From: Octopus sinensis
Lineage: Eukaryota
DNA: 64,000 nt
Assembly: GCF_006345805.1 (NCBI RefSeq)
Contig: NC_043004.1
Span: 83,514,001 to 83,578,000, forward strand
Reading direction: 5' to 3'
Shown here: positions 15,067 to 30,067 of the stretch, in pieces
Numbering within the stretch: position 1 is the first letter of the stretch
Layout: each line of letters begins with the position of its first letter
Program-made: the position numbers and the translations under genes
Notes under the pieces: generated by a model
Seen by the model: only the letters and a program-made list of their open reading frames with translations
What the model was told of the DNA's origin: nothing
The model's database searches: none

Positions 15067-15580
15067 AAGAGATAGAGAGTGAGAGAAAAAGATAGACAAA
15101 GAGAGAAAGACAGTTTGACGGATTAACAAATTTTAAATATTGTATATAATAGTTTTTGTTATTCAAACTATTATGCATATGTTTCTATGTATACATGCAA
15201 AAACGAGGGAAAGCAAAAAGCGGAGACTTTCAGTTGATAAATATTTACGTTGATTCACTGCTGAGTATCATCCGTTGCTGTTATTTTCTGGCTTACTGCA
15301 CTACTGCAATGGCGTTTAAATCGAAGTTAGAATATATGATATTGGAATTCTGTACATTCTTATCGTTTCACGGAGACGGTTGGTGTCCTGTTCCATTGTT
15401 GTGTCAGCACCAATTTCACTGAGGAGACACAGATAATTATTGAATTGTTCAGGTCGAAACACTTCCAATCAATTAAGATAAGAAGCCACGAGAGCCACTG
15501 CCTTGTACTGCATTAAAAAAAGGGAAAACGAAAGAAAAAACAAGAATTAATTATTATTATTATTATTATCATTATTATTA

Positions 15581-15640
<60 letters not shown>

Positions 15641-15924
15641 GATATTTATTAGTTTCAATCAAATTTCTATTGCATCACCTGCTACACTTCCTTGCAGATG
15701 AGGTGTATTCTTGATTCTTTTTTTTTCTGTTTTCGGTTAGAAAATTTGTGAGGCGGAAACTGCATGGAAGTCTGTCATATGCGTGGTGGTGGGCTTATTT
15801 ACGTCTTTCGCATAAGATACTGATAAAAGAAAAACATTTAACATTTATCCATTTATTCGACTAAACTTTTGTAGGCTATGCCCAATGATGCTCACAGTTC
15901 AATTACTGAAGCCTGTACGTCACA

Positions 15925-16172
15925 GTTCTTTTTATCGCATCCGTCATATTTTCGACGTTTTATTAACTAGTTTAATGTAATATTTGGAATGGTGGCTGTG
16001 CTTTATATTCGGGTTAACTAGTCGTTCTTCGGTAGGAAAAAGTGACTTCTGAAGTCAGTAGCTGTCGAAGAACGACTAGTTAACCCGAATATAAAGCACG
16101 GCCACAATTCCAAATATTTCATTAAACTAGTTAATAAAACATGTTGAAAATATGAAGGATGCGATGAAAAGA
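15925..16172. repeat. Fold-back inverted repeat, about 105-bp arms
   Basis: TTATATTCGGGTTAACTAGTCGTTCTTCG and its reverse complement. A second inverted block links 16031-16060 to 16194-16222. Confidence 0.8.
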
Positions 16173-16569
16173 ACGCTGAACGCTGGACAGATACTGACTT
16201 CAGAAGTCACTTTTTCGTACCGATGTCCTTTGCTATCTTTCCTTCTGTCATTGTTATACTCGTTCCCTTGACGCGTTTCTGCTTGGTTTTATGTAAGACT
16301 GAGGGCGTTTCTGCCCTTTTCCCCCCTAACCAACACCCTGTGTTTCTTACTCTCTTTTGACGTTTAGATCGGGAATATCTGTACTGGAAGCTGTTGTGTC
16401 TGCAAAAAGGCTGTTTCTCAAACTTCAGTTTTTTTTCGTTTTTCAAAATGAGTTGTTAGTTTGGTTGTATATGACGCAGTTAATGATTAACTGTAATAAA
16501 AGAAAAAAGAACATTAGTAATACTGCGATTTTAATGATTTTTTCAATATATAATTTTATGTCATACCAA

Positions 16570-17110
16570 ATAGGCTACAGTCGACCTCGGCGGAATTTGA
16601 ACTCAGAACGTAAAAACAAACGAAATACCGCTAAGCATTTCGACCACTGTGCTAACGTTTCTGCTAGCTCGCTGCCTTTGTCATAACAAATATTATTTTC
16701 TACTCTAGGCACAGCACAAGGCCCGAAATTTTGTAGGAGGAGCCAGTCGATTAGATCGACCCCAGTACGCAACTGGTACTTAATTTGTCGAGATCGAAAG
16801 GATAAAAGGCAAAGTCGACTTCGGCGGAATTGTTACTCAGAACAAAATTACATTTGAAATATCTATTTCTTTACTACCCAGAAGGGGCTAAACACAGAGA
16901 GGGCAAACAATGATAGACAAACGGATTAAGTCGATTGTATCGACCCAGTGTGTAACTGGTATGTATTTAATCGACCCCGAAAAGATGAAAGGCAAAGTCG
17001 ACCGCGGCAGAATTTAAAGGCAGAACGTAGCGGCAGACGAAATACCGCTAAGCATTTCGCCGGGCGTGCTAACATTTTTGCCAGTTCACAGCCTTTGTCA
17101 TACGAATTAT
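16570..17110 (-). mobile_element. Two tandem copies of a tRNA-like SINE
   Basis: Repeated AAATACCGCTAAGCATTTCG and AAAGGCAAAGTCGAC blocks. Opposite-strand copies at 28010-28440 and 29445-29520. Confidence 0.7.
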
Positions 17111-17207
17111 TGCTATCGTTGTATCGTAGACTGCTAGATATACGTATGTTTAACGATAAAAATTGTGTGGTTATCTTTACCATAAGCATCGGTGGTTTAT
17201 CTTTCAG

Positions 17208-17276
17208 ATATATGAAGTGCGTGAAAATATATTCAATATTACAGATGACTTTAAAAAACCCGATTTTAATATGAAG
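17208..17276 (+). CDS. Probable second coding exon of GR-like gene B (IYEVRENIFNITDDFKKPDFNMK)
   Basis: Acceptor tttatctttcAG, 69 nt with no stop in phase 0, donor AAG|GTAAGC. A hydrophilic phase-0/phase-0 exon between TM6 and TM7 is the known GR gene layout. Confidence 0.65.
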
Positions 17277-17790
17277 GTAAGCTTCTGTTTTTCTTTTCTT
17301 TTTCGATGTGTCTATTTCAATTTAGGCGCAGGAATACAACAGTATAGAATCGAGTTTAGTCACACTGCAACGTATGCTACTATATACCTGGGGTTATCAC
17401 AGCCTTGAGTAGAAATTTGATGGAAACGACGTGGAAACATGCCGAAGCTGTATATTTGTGAATGGGTGAGCAGGATGTAAGTGTATGAAAGCGGTTTTGA
17501 TTATCCTCGTCACCACTTCACAACAGGCCTCGGTTTATTTATGTCCCTGTAACAAAAATAGCTGTTCTAATAAGTATCAGACATACTACAGTTAATTATA
17601 CACCAGGGTTGAATTGTTCGAATAGAATATACAGGACGTTGTCCGAGTGTCTCTCCAGTGCAACACGTGAAACAAGTTAAATGCAAAGGCTTTATTTTAA
17701 ATTATTTCTTTTTTAAACAACCGATTCAGATCGACACAGAAAACCAGCCGCTGAGGTTCAGGCCTTCCATTTTTATCTGGCAATATATAT

Positions 17791-19303
<1,513 letters not shown>

Positions 19304-19435
19304 CCAGATAAAAATAGAAGGCCTGAACCTCAGCGGCTGGTTTTCTGTGAGGATCTGAAACTTCGGCATCTTAAACTCAGAGTTTTATCTTGACTATCGA
19401 GTAATGTAACATATTATTGTATATATATATATATA

Positions 19436-22400
19436 CTAATAGCATAGCCCGGCGTTGCCCGGGTATGTAAGAGCCCCAAGTAGGCAACGACTGATCCCAT
19501 TCTAGTCCTTTCCCTCTAGGGAACGAAGGCGCATGTGTAGGTTGCAATGTCTTCTCTTCACTCGAATACCTCTGTGTATACGATGTTCCTAGCTGTCCCT
19601 TTGGGCGAAAACATGAAAACAACATTGCGCCTCCCAACGCGTGAACAGCCCACGTAGAGTTGACCGTGGGCGAAGAACTGTTCGCCCAAATGTAACCCAG
19701 CGACTTGTAGCGTTTGGCCTTGGGATTTATTGATGGACATTGCGAAGCAGAGTTTAACAGGAAACTGAGAACGCCTGAGTGCATTGGTAGGTCAGCGCCC
19801 GACGGTTGAAGGTGCATGCGTGGAATGAAGACGTCCACTCCCTTCCCACAACCGGTAAGTATTGTGGCAGTTATTGAATGTGGTGCCAAATGTTTCAGAA
19901 CCAGACGTGTGCCGTTGCACTGTTTTGGTGGAACCATATTCCTGATGAGCATAATGGGCGCACCGACCTTTAACTTCAGGATGTGTGACGGCAGGCCTGA
20001 CGGTTCAAGTGAATTCAGGAGTTCAGCAGGATAATCGGCAAGCTCGGCGGGGTCTGCTGTCCTATCTATAGATTTGTAGACCTGGACATCACCAGGAATA
20101 ACTTCAAGTAGCTGGATATTGATGGAGTTGCCGGTTGTATTTTTGGGTGCGAGAATAGCTCTGCCTGCCAGCCATTTTAGGTCGCGTAAATTGTTTTGTA
20201 GGTCATGGAAGACAGCGTCCCAGTGGCTAGCAGGGGTGTTGACAGTGGTGCAAAGTGAGTCCAATTGAACGCAGCCATCCGCATCAGCCGGCATCGTATT
20301 TTAACCGAGCGATAAAAGATCCCTGGAGAATGCAGCGGATCCGCTGTCACCAATCAACTGCGCGCGCATCTTAGTTTGGAGGTGCAAGGGCCGCACATGT
20401 GCCCAAAGAGCTGACGACTTAAGGCACGCGCGTACGGCATCGGCACGGGTTCATTTTGGAATAACATGTAGAGTCTGCCTGAAGTCTCCAGAAAGAAGTA
20501 AAGTCAATCCTTCCATGGGGGCCGTAGAGTCTCTGATGTCTTGCAGGGACCTGACCAGTGCCTGAGGGCGCCTTTGTGTGCCATAGTGCACTCGTCCCAT
20601 ACGATGAGTTTGCATCTGCGCAGAATGTCGGCCTGTTCTGAGTTCTTGGCGATGTTGCAGATAGGTGAGTTGGACTTTGCCAGATCGAGCGGGAGTCTGA
20701 AGGCAGAGTGAGCGGGTCTGCCACCCGGAAGCAACGTGGCCGCGATACCAGAGGAAGCTACAGCCAGGGCAATGTCCGTGTTGCGTCTGACCTCCGCCAG
20801 AATTAGTTTCGTGACGAAGGTTTTGCCTGTGCCACCAGGTGCGTCAAGGAAGTATATCCCCCCACGTTGCTGTCTGACAGAATCTACGATGGTGTTGTAG
20901 GCTATGCGGTGCTCTGGAAGCAGTCGTGGTTCATTATCTTGGACGTACTGGTGCAGTTCCTCAATGCAGTAGGAAGTTTCGCGTAACAATCTAGCAGATA
21001 TAACATTGGCGTGTTCACGTGTGGGTGGTGTAAGGCCGTACTCCGTTAAAGCAGGGCCACCCATATCGATGACAGCGTCTTCGAGTTGAATAAGCGCAAA
21101 ATTGTAAATGAAGTTGGTGAACGTGATCTCGACGGAAGGGCTGTGTTGCTGAGCCGCACGTGAGAAGTCCTGCGACATATCATCCCTGAATTTCATCCAG
21201 AGACTTAGTGGGTCACTAAGCTGACATTTTTGAAGAAGGATTGCTAAAAGATGTCGTAGGGCCGAAGGCGTTTGCAGTAAAACGCCCTCTGCCATAGTGG
21301 CGTCCCACTGGGAGTCATCCTCTAGAAGGCCAAGTCTCATATATGCTTCCCTGAAGGTGTCGCACTGAACCGCATTGACGGTACGTATATTGCCGAAACC
21401 TGTTGGACCAGTGACCTCATGTAGAAGGAGTCGGAGGTAGAAGCATTCTTGCTGGTTTGGCGGGATGTTGTAAACTCGACCCAGGCAGGAGTCAAACTTG
21501 ACACCTGGGAAGCCTTCGACGATTTTGCCGGATTTCCGTCGAACCCAGGTGTTGTTATACCACACGAAGTACGATGGGACCTGGGGGTTCAAAAGCGTTC
21601 GAGCGAAGTCATCAGGTTGGCATAATTTGAAGAAACCGGTCAACGTTGTGTCTTTAGGTTTGGTGGCTACCTGCGCAGCAGTTTGCTATGTGAAGTAAAT
21701 CCGCTGTCCATTTTCCAAGTGTACAGAAAGCTGCACCATAGCCGGGTGTCTCTGATGGAGCGGGAAGCCGTAAATGTGCCAAAACGCTTCGTTGCTGCTG
21801 AGGTACCGGCCTACCAAGTAGTTGGACACTTCGTCGCGACTGATGGTCCTCTGGATGCTGAACATGGCAGCATCGCTGCCCTTGTTGATATAATTGCAGA
21901 AATATTGTATTGACCTGATGGAGCTGCAGGACTCAACGTTGACGTGGGCTTTGAATATCTTCGACAGGAGAGGACAGTAGGGGACAACGTAGCTGTTGTC
22001 CACTTGATGTCGCCCAACCGTAGTCGTGCGGCCTCCATTGGCTGGACTCCTTTGTTTGTACAGCGGATACCCATCGCCGCCTGTTTGAGTCTCCGAAGTG
22101 AACCGTTTAGGGAATCCCTTTGAGCAGGCTTATCCGTTTTTGCAGCATGGTGTGTTGGCGTAATTTGGTCCACAGGGCCCGTGTACCATGGTAGTGCGGA
22201 CAATTTCGTACAGTTCGGGGTCCTCATCGGGGTCAGGAATCTCGGCGGAAATGAATTAGTCAATGTCATTAGTGTCGATTTCATTAGTTAGCCAAATTAA
22301 GATGTGACCATGTGGCAAGCCCCTCTTTTGCCACTCGACCGAAAGCATGTGGCACCAGACATGCCCGAAAATCTGACCCTTAACTATCAAATCCATCATT

Positions 22401-25400
22401 TTGCCCAAATTCAGACGGAAAACCCTACAACGATGTGGTGTCGATGGGTGTGATTCTGATCCGGGAGGAGTTCGCGAGTGATTTCGTCGCAGTTGGGATT
22501 GCACGTGTAGGTGATAAAGAGGTCCGGCCGGCCGTAAATGCGCACGTAGGTCAAGGTGTCTTGGGTCCTTTCACGCATATATCGCGGTCCTCCCGTGAAG
22601 GTGGAGGGTAGAATGCATGGCTTGCCGATGTTGCGAGGGTCATTTTCTCGTTGCAAGCCGTCACGGAGATGAATGTAGGAGTCGGAGCGAAGTTTGGTCT
22701 GATTAAGTTTAAGGTATAGCAGCCTTTCCGATTCCATTTTCGCGGCCATGTCGACGGCGAACTGGTTGAATATTTGACGACAACGGGGCAATAAGTTGAA
22801 CTTACCCTCCCTGACCATGAACCGGTATGAGTAGAACGCCCTGCAGGAAACCGTCTTTGATGCCGCAGTAGTTTGATTGGAGGGCTGCCGTAAAGGAATT
22901 CCGAAGTGGTTGCCGTCTTCCCCATAAGGGAAAAGCAATGGATACTGAAGCGCGTCTTAAGATCTGTGAGTCTCGCTGATCCTGTCTAGGCTGTTACCAC
23001 GGGAGGAGATGATTATGTCACGGCTGTTGTGTTGCTCTCTGTGTAAGACTGCGGCAATTTCGTTGCACGCAGGTGCGTTGAAACGGCGTTCGTGCTCCCT
23101 GTGGGGTTGTTTATCAGCATCAATGACAACGGTGAAGTTTGGAGACGGAGCAGTGTCCAAGGCATACCTGAAGCTGCAGACGTAGCTGTTGATATCATGA
23201 AGCATGGTTTAGAGACGGAGAAGAACGTATTTGCGGGGAACATAGCATGTACCCGGTATTATTCCAAGGCGTGCATCAACCTGCTGGTTGTAGTCGGCAA
23301 TGAAGTAGATTTGGAGGCAAGAAGACTGCTGAATCTCGTCTGGCAGAAGTGACCCAATAAGATGGTAGACCTGTCCCTGCACTTTAAAAGTAGGCATCCA
23401 GCCTTCTCTAGGAGGAATTTTGGCACCGAAAGAGGTCATTTGGATTGAGCTGTTGTATTTTCGAATGATTTCAAGGAATTGTGACGATTCGGGGGTTAAA
23501 CCCGCCGCGAGATCCTTCAGTTTTTGAGGTGGTTCCCGTAGGGGTGGCAGGTCCACTTTGCCACCAGAGCAGCAAAACCCAGGTGGCTCTCCGTGCCATT
23601 TCTTGGCTTTTACAAAACTGGCATACAATTGTCATTGACCCTATCTTGATGTCGTCACGCAAGGAGAAGTTAATTGTGGCGTCGTAGTTGAATGCTAGTG
23701 ACGACCAGAAAACGGGGGCAGGGATACGTACACCACCACGAATGATATCCCGACGTTGGTTGATAATCTCAAGTCGAGTGCGCCGTGCCTCAGCAGATTG
23801 AGATGCGCGTGCGACAGCGGTAGCAGTGGCATCCCTTGAATGCCTTTCAGCTCTCGCCTCAGCACCCTCTGAAGCCTTAGCAGAAGCAGTGTTAATGGCA
23901 TCTCTGGATGTCCGAATAGTTCGTTGGTATGGAGTTATGGGAGATCGAGCCGTGGCTGTGTTTGCGGTGTTAGCAGCTTGGCGATCTCTCCTCTGTTGAG
24001 GTGTTTCGGCAGATCGGGCCATGGCTGTGTTTGCGGCGGCAGCAGCTTGGCGAGTTCTCCTCTGCTGTGAGGTTTCGACAGATCGTGTCCTGGCGGTGCT
24101 AGTGGCGTTAGCCGCATTCCCCATGGCCCTTTGTTTGGGGTTCTCGCGAGCTCTGCGGATGGAAGCACAGGAAGAAGCCCGCATGTTTTGGCTGGACTGT
24201 TGCTCTTTCGTCAACCTCGAGCGGAGGGAAGATATGTATGCTGCGGCCCTTGCAAGTCGGCTAGAACGGTCGCTAGTAGTTTCAGATGCCTGAGCAGCGG
24301 CAGAACGGGAAGTTTTTTGCGAGAGGCGCAAGGCGGTTTCCTCTTGGGTCTCGCGTGCCTTCTAGCCCTAGCAGCCGATGCCTTGGCCGTCCGAGGGCTG
24401 AGGAGTGTCCTTCCCTTCTTGGGTGGCATTTTGGTGGATAGCAATGTGTTTGGCAAAGGTGCAATAAAAAGGAACACGTGGGGTAAGTATCCCAAAATTT
24501 ATAAAAATGTACAAAAACGGCAAAAAAGCGGGTAGCAATTGAGTGACAACAACGAAAAAGTCAAAAGTGACCAAACTGAACAAACGAATGGAAAAGGTTT
24601 TTTGGTGCACACGACAAAAGCGGCTTATAATAATCCAAGAGTTTGCAAGTAGCGTCCGATGACCCTTAGGGGACGTCAAAAATTGAAGGTAAAACGTTTG
24701 GGGTGGTAGTTATAGAGAAAGTTTAAACAAAAAAAATATTCGAATAACTTGCTGCTGCAGCAGCTATTAGCAGAGTGGTGGTGTTGGGGGTAAAGTCTCG
24801 AAGGTAATTTCTTCCAGATAGGAATTGGTTGGGTTGAATTATCGATAGCTGTTTGATAGTAATTTGGGAGTGTAAGAGAGTTAAAAAGGTCGAGTTGCGT
24901 CCCCTAGACAGTCTGTGTTTTGTGTTTAATACACAAATCGGTTTGCTATGTGTGCCACATATGATTTCATTAACCGATTTTTCCCAGTAATAAAGTATCC
25001 TATTGGAATAAAAAGGGTGGAGCAGACATGATGCTCGCTGGGAATTTAAAAAAAATTCCTGCCAATTTGTAAAAGATATTGTCGAACATGTGACATCTTG
25101 AATTTGAACGCGATTTCCCAAAATGGCATGATTTTATTGATTTTTTTCTGATGGTAAGGTATCGCATGGAAAACTAACGTCAGAATTAAGTTTCTTAGGT
25201 TAACATTAGCTTCACCATGAGTTTGGTGAATATCGATTGCAAGTTGCGAAAACTACAACAGAAAATGTGTTGCATATAAAAAGCCTAGATTCTCGACCCC
25301 ATGTCGAATTTATCAATTTATTTCAGAACTGGAGGAACTTTTCAGAATTTTCGCTGCGTTAGTTTTGAATTATGACATTGGGCTATGTGTGTCTCAAGTT

Positions 25401-25498
25401 TCATGAGAATCGGTTGAAAGCCATGGTCAGGGTGTGGGTGCAACCTGACAGACACACAGACACACAGACAGACAAACTGCCGTTTATATAGAGAGAGA
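19436..25498 (-). mobile_element. Full-length Helitron (about 6.06 kb), frameshifted
   Basis: 5' A|TC terminus at 25498. 3' GC hairpin CCCGGGCAACGCCGGG (19448-19463), then TTAG|T (CTRR variant) in (TA)n. Rep/helicase motifs inside. Confidence 0.9.
19558..24429 (-). pseudogene. Helitron RepHel (HUH replication initiator plus PIF1 helicase), broken into about nine frames
   Basis: Zn finger CxxC...CCSGGKV; Rep motifs PDLFITYTCNP, VEWQKRGLPHGHILIW, YFCNYINKG; helicase motifs YFLDAPGGTGKTF, IVWDECTM, MSINKSQGQTL, GQLYVGCSRVG. Confidence 0.9.
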
Positions 25499-25782
25499 TT
25501 ATAAAAATGAAAAATATATATACGCGTTTGTGTGTGTGCCTGTGTTTGTCACTGCCAACATTGCTTGACAACCGATGCTGGTGTGTTTACATCACTGTAA
25601 CTTAGTGGTTCGGCAAAAAAGAGACCAATAGAATAAGTACTAGGCTAACAAAGAATAAGTCCTAGGGTTGATTTCTTCGACTAAAGTTGGTGCTCCAGCA
25701 TGGCCGTAGTCAAATGATCGAAACTTAAAAGAATATGTATATGTATGTGTATATACACACACACACATATATATATATATAT

Positions 25783-25820
<38 letters not shown>

Positions 25821-25837
25821 ATATATATATATATATA

Positions 25838-26214
25838 TAGCAGAAGTTGTCTGTGTATGACAGGCTTGGTAGCCTTCAACTAACACTTTCTCCTCCGAGA
25901 CCCTGCAGCGCAAGTTGACCAAAATTGAATGTATGCTAGAAGAAGGCTTGCTTTTCATTCCATAGAAGAAAAACTCAAATCGGACCATGTTAACACCAAA
26001 AATTATTTACACCAAAAAGATGTTTTTTTCTCTTTGAAAATCCCTATTATTTACGATTTTTTGACTGCTGAGTTGCCATTTTTCGGTGTATTTCAACTAG
26101 AAAAATGTTCACTTAAAGAGAATAACAAGCTACATAATGCAAAAGTTTTACTTTTCAAAAATTTAAATTCTAAAGGGTCGAAACAAACCCAAGCAACGCG
26201 GGCAATACTGCTAG
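25838..26214 (+). mobile_element. Short non-autonomous Helitron-like element
   Basis: Degenerate hairpin CCCAAGCAACGCGGG similar to that of the large Helitron, followed by CTAG|T at 26211-26215. 5' end is buried in (TA)n. Confidence 0.55.
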
Positions 26215-26344
26215 TATATATATAAACTACGAATAACGAATCTTTATCTAAAATCTAGTACTTGTTTCAGTCATTGGGCTGGGGGACATACTGGGGCATC
26301 ATGTTGAAGCTCCAATACTCATTTTGATATACGGGTACGTATAT

Positions 26345-26600
26345 CGAGGGATCGCGTGTTCGAATCTCAGACCGAGCGATGTGTGTGTTTATGAGTGAAA
26401 CACCTAAGTTCCACGCGGCTCCGGCAGAAGGTAATGGCGAACTTCTGCTGAGACTTTCGCTACAACTTTCTCTCACTCTTTCCTCCTGAATCTTGTAGCT
26501 CACCTGCGACGGACCGGCGTCCCCTCCAGGTGGGGAACCTATACGCCAAGGAAACCGGGGAAACCGGCCCTAATGAGCCAGGCGTGTCTCGAGAAGGAAC
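26345..26600 (+). mobile_element. tRNA-derived SINE (5'-truncated copy of 590-892)
   Basis: B box GTTCGAATC; body matches the reverse complement of about 600-850. Confidence 0.8.
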
Positions 26601-26660
26601 AAACAACAAACAACAACAATATATATATATATATATTTATATACACATATACATACATAC

Positions 26661-26727
<67 letters not shown>

Positions 26728-27190
26728 TAAATGTATGTAAATGTATGTAAATAAATGTATGTACGTGCATGCGTGCGCGTGAGCATGCGTGTAAATTTGT
26801 TTCTATATCTGTCCCCTTCCACTTCTTGACAACCAGAGTTGTTTTGTTTACATCCACTTAATTTAGGAATAAAATAAGTACCTATATATTAAAATAAGTA
26901 CTGGATCTTCAACATGATGCCCTAGCATATCCCCAGTCCAATGACTGAAAAAAGTACAAGATTTTAGATATCAGTTTCGTTATTCGTAGGTTTAATTTAT
27001 CGATGTTCTCTTCTAGTATTAATATGTAGGATTTACAAATCGATTCTATTCCACTCGTAATACTGTAATCCATAAAGTGTTAATGTGAGCACACACTGCT
27101 TCACTGGCATTATTGATTGATGCATCTTTCATTTTGTTGTGATCATTAGTTCGCCACGCTTAAGTAAATTTCTTAGAGAGTGAGAATTAA

Positions 27191-27310
27191 GCTCATAATA
27201 AAGTACTGAAATATGACTCAGTAATTTGCGTAAGTCTTTGTAGATTTATCAATATTTATGCCGACTTAGGAACATATAGTATATTATTACTAGAGTTAAT
27301 GGAGTATTGA
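27191..27310 (+). CDS. Candidate TM7-encoding terminal segment of gene B (...CRFINIYADLGTYSILLLELMEY*)
   Basis: TYSILLLEL resembles the GR TM7 motif TYhhhhhQF and sits in the first unique sequence after the transposon block. No phase-compatible acceptor was found and there is an in-frame TAA at 27188. Confidence 0.2.
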   Translation, partial: AHNKVLKYDSVICVSLCRFINIYADLGTYSILLLELMEY

Positions 27311-27639
27311 TGTTGGAGGACTGTAAAAAAAGAATCAGTGTAGCATTGAAGGTAGTGTATTGAAAAAATCGTTAATTTTTATATGCTCCAGCGCTGAATG
27401 TTTTAAGATCAAATCCGTTCGATGTCAACTAAGTATTTCATGCTTCTACTGTCGATAAAATAAGTACCAGGTGGGTACTGAGTTGGATGAAATAGACAAG
27501 CTGCCTCCTCCAACGTTCAGGCTTTGTGCCTTTAGATGAGAGGATCATCGTTATTGATTTGACTCAGGTTCAGTCTTATTCCTGGTAGGCTTTATACGTG
27601 CAGTGATTCACTTCCTCTAAAATTAGACACCCGCAAGTT

Positions 27640-27922
27640 TTCAATAGTCATTCAATCATTCAGGTGCTTAGAATCCTCAAGATAATATTTCCTGTCTCTA
27701 AGAGACAAACTTTCTGTAGATGCACCACAGGACATTCAATTCCAATCTCCTTCAACCATTTCTCTATATCTTTGCTTACAGTTTACAATGCACCAATTAC
27801 TAAAATACCTTTACAGTTTTGATTCTCCAAATTCTTGCAATTTCAAATTTCAAGGAACTGAAATTTTAAAAATGTTTCATCCTCTTTCCTTACGATCTTG
27901 GAATCAAACTCACCAATTTGTA
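27640..27922 (-). mobile_element. Decayed RLE-type LINE 3' fragment
   Basis: VIGAL*TVSKDIEKWLKEIGIECPVVHLQKVCLLETG, adjacent to (ATT)n. Confidence 0.55.
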
Positions 27923-27923
27923 A

Positions 27924-27985
<62 letters not shown>

Positions 27986-28510
27986 GAAGTGTTACTATTA
28001 TTATGAAGGCGTCAAGTGGACAGAATCTTTAGCATGCTGGGCGAAAGGCTTAGCGCTATTTCATCCATCTTCGTGTTCTGAGTTCAAATTCCACAGAGGT
28101 CGACATTACTCTTCATACTTTCGGAGTCGTTGATATAAGTACCAGTAGCGCAGTGGGGTCGATGTAATAGACTTAACTCCTCCCCACCAAATTTCAGGCC
28201 TTGTGCCTATAATATAAAGGATTAGTTTTAACATTATTATTATTATTGTTGTTGTTAAGGCGGCCGAGTCGCTAGCGCGCTGAACGAAATGCTTTGCGGT
28301 ATTTCGTCTGCCGATAAGTTATGCGTCCATATTCGTCCATGGTCGATTTTGCCTTTCATCCTTTCGGGGTCGATAAGTTAAGTATCAGTCAAGAAATGGG
28401 GCGGATGTAACCCACTATCCACCCACCCTAAAACTACTTCTCTAGTGGCAAAAATTTCAAACCATTATGCTTGTTGCTGTTCTTTTTAACTCAGTTTTTG
28501 TTGGAACTCC

Positions 28511-28511
<1 letters not shown>

Positions 28512-28564
<53 letters not shown>

Positions 28565-28677
28565 CATCATCATCATCATCATCATCATCGTCATCATCAT
28601 CATCATCATTATTATTATTATTATCATCATCATCATCATCATTATTATTATCATTATTATTATTATTATTATTATTA

Positions 28678-28722
<45 letters not shown>

Positions 28723-28725
28723 CAT
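28512..28725. repeat. Compound (ATT)n/(ATC)n microsatellite
   Basis: Read directly. Similar tracts at 29240-29430, 31540-31700 and 33660-33825. Confidence 0.95.
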
Positions 28726-29347
28726 TGAGTGAGAGAGCAGTTCATGCCATCAAAGTGACACTGGGGTAAAATATACGAAGCCCAATATACCCATCATGAC
28801 TACCCGTCTGATAAAGGTACACCAAGCACATGCATCACAACCATATGTGCGCGACATGGCGATCTCATATCAAGATAAACAGCACATGACCTTGCAGGTG
28901 GAGCCCAGTTAGAATTTTCTTCAGGTCGAGTAACCCATCCCGCTCAAAAGGTCCCTGAATAAGGGTTGTTTAAGGATGTTGAAAGAACCACCCATGTTTT
29001 CAGAGGTGAATTATTCAAACCCCAAAGAATCCCTGTCAACACATGGCTATGATGCTCCCCCGCTACTTCTGCTCGTGATCAGAGATGCACATATCGTCAG
29101 CCACTAAAGGACATGCTCAACTGGTTACGGTCAAACAACTGACAAGCAAATCTGTGGTATTGAGCAGAATATTTGCTGTAGCCCATCTTTTATACCAAGA
29201 CAAAACAATGTACATGATAACACTTCCAGTCAGTTTATTATTATTATTAATATTATCATTATTATCATCATCATCATCATCATCATCATCTCATCATCAT
29301 CATTATCATCATCATCATCATCATCATTATTATTATTATTATTATTA

Positions 29348-29385
<38 letters not shown>

Positions 29386-29389
29386 TATT

Positions 29390-29423
<34 letters not shown>

Positions 29424-30067
29424 CTATTAAGTATTACAGTTATTGTCATGGCGGCGAGTGGACAGAATCTTTAGCATGCCGGTCGAAATGCTTAATGCTA
29501 TTTCATCCGTCTCCACGTTCTGGAGAAAAGGAGAGCAATAACAACAATTATAATAAACCATTTTGTGAGCTGTAGTTAATCTAACATTACTGCAATTTTG
29601 TTCTTAATTATGACAGAGTGTCAGCATTTGTCAGCTGCCAAATCGAAAATGCTTCCAGGTGTTTTTATATTTATCCGTCTGCTGAAATATTGTTTTGGTA
29701 ATTGTTAAACCAAACTTGACAAAAGGACAACTGAGGTAAACCATCTGCAGTCATTTTTCATAACTAGTATTGTTTTTTTTTATTAGTTTGTAGCTATTCT
29801 GACATTAAAATTTAAGAGTATTCTTGATGACGCAGCAAAAGTAAGAACATCTGTGGCTACAAGTAGTCTTCGAAAACTTCCGAATCTTGTGTGAAATGAA
29901 CATGGCATCAATTTGTAAATTAAAATAAGTGTACAGAAATCTTGTATTTTGGACATATTTCTGTACGAGGGAGAAGCATGGATTTCCTTACTACAGACAG
30001 ATAAACAAAATTTAAACCTTACATATGTGCTATCTTCGCAATATCTGCAACATGAAATGGGAATATA

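Noticed and set aside
19377-20294. 305-aa ORF with a novel-looking C-terminus
   Set aside because: Helitron helicase fragment that reads out of frame after a frameshift.
24021-24679. Several overlapping plus-strand ORFs
   Set aside because: Antisense shadows of the GC-rich Helitron N-terminal region.
28457-29474. Poly-I, poly-L, poly-S and poly-H ORFs
   Set aside because: Trinucleotide microsatellites that lack stops in some frames.
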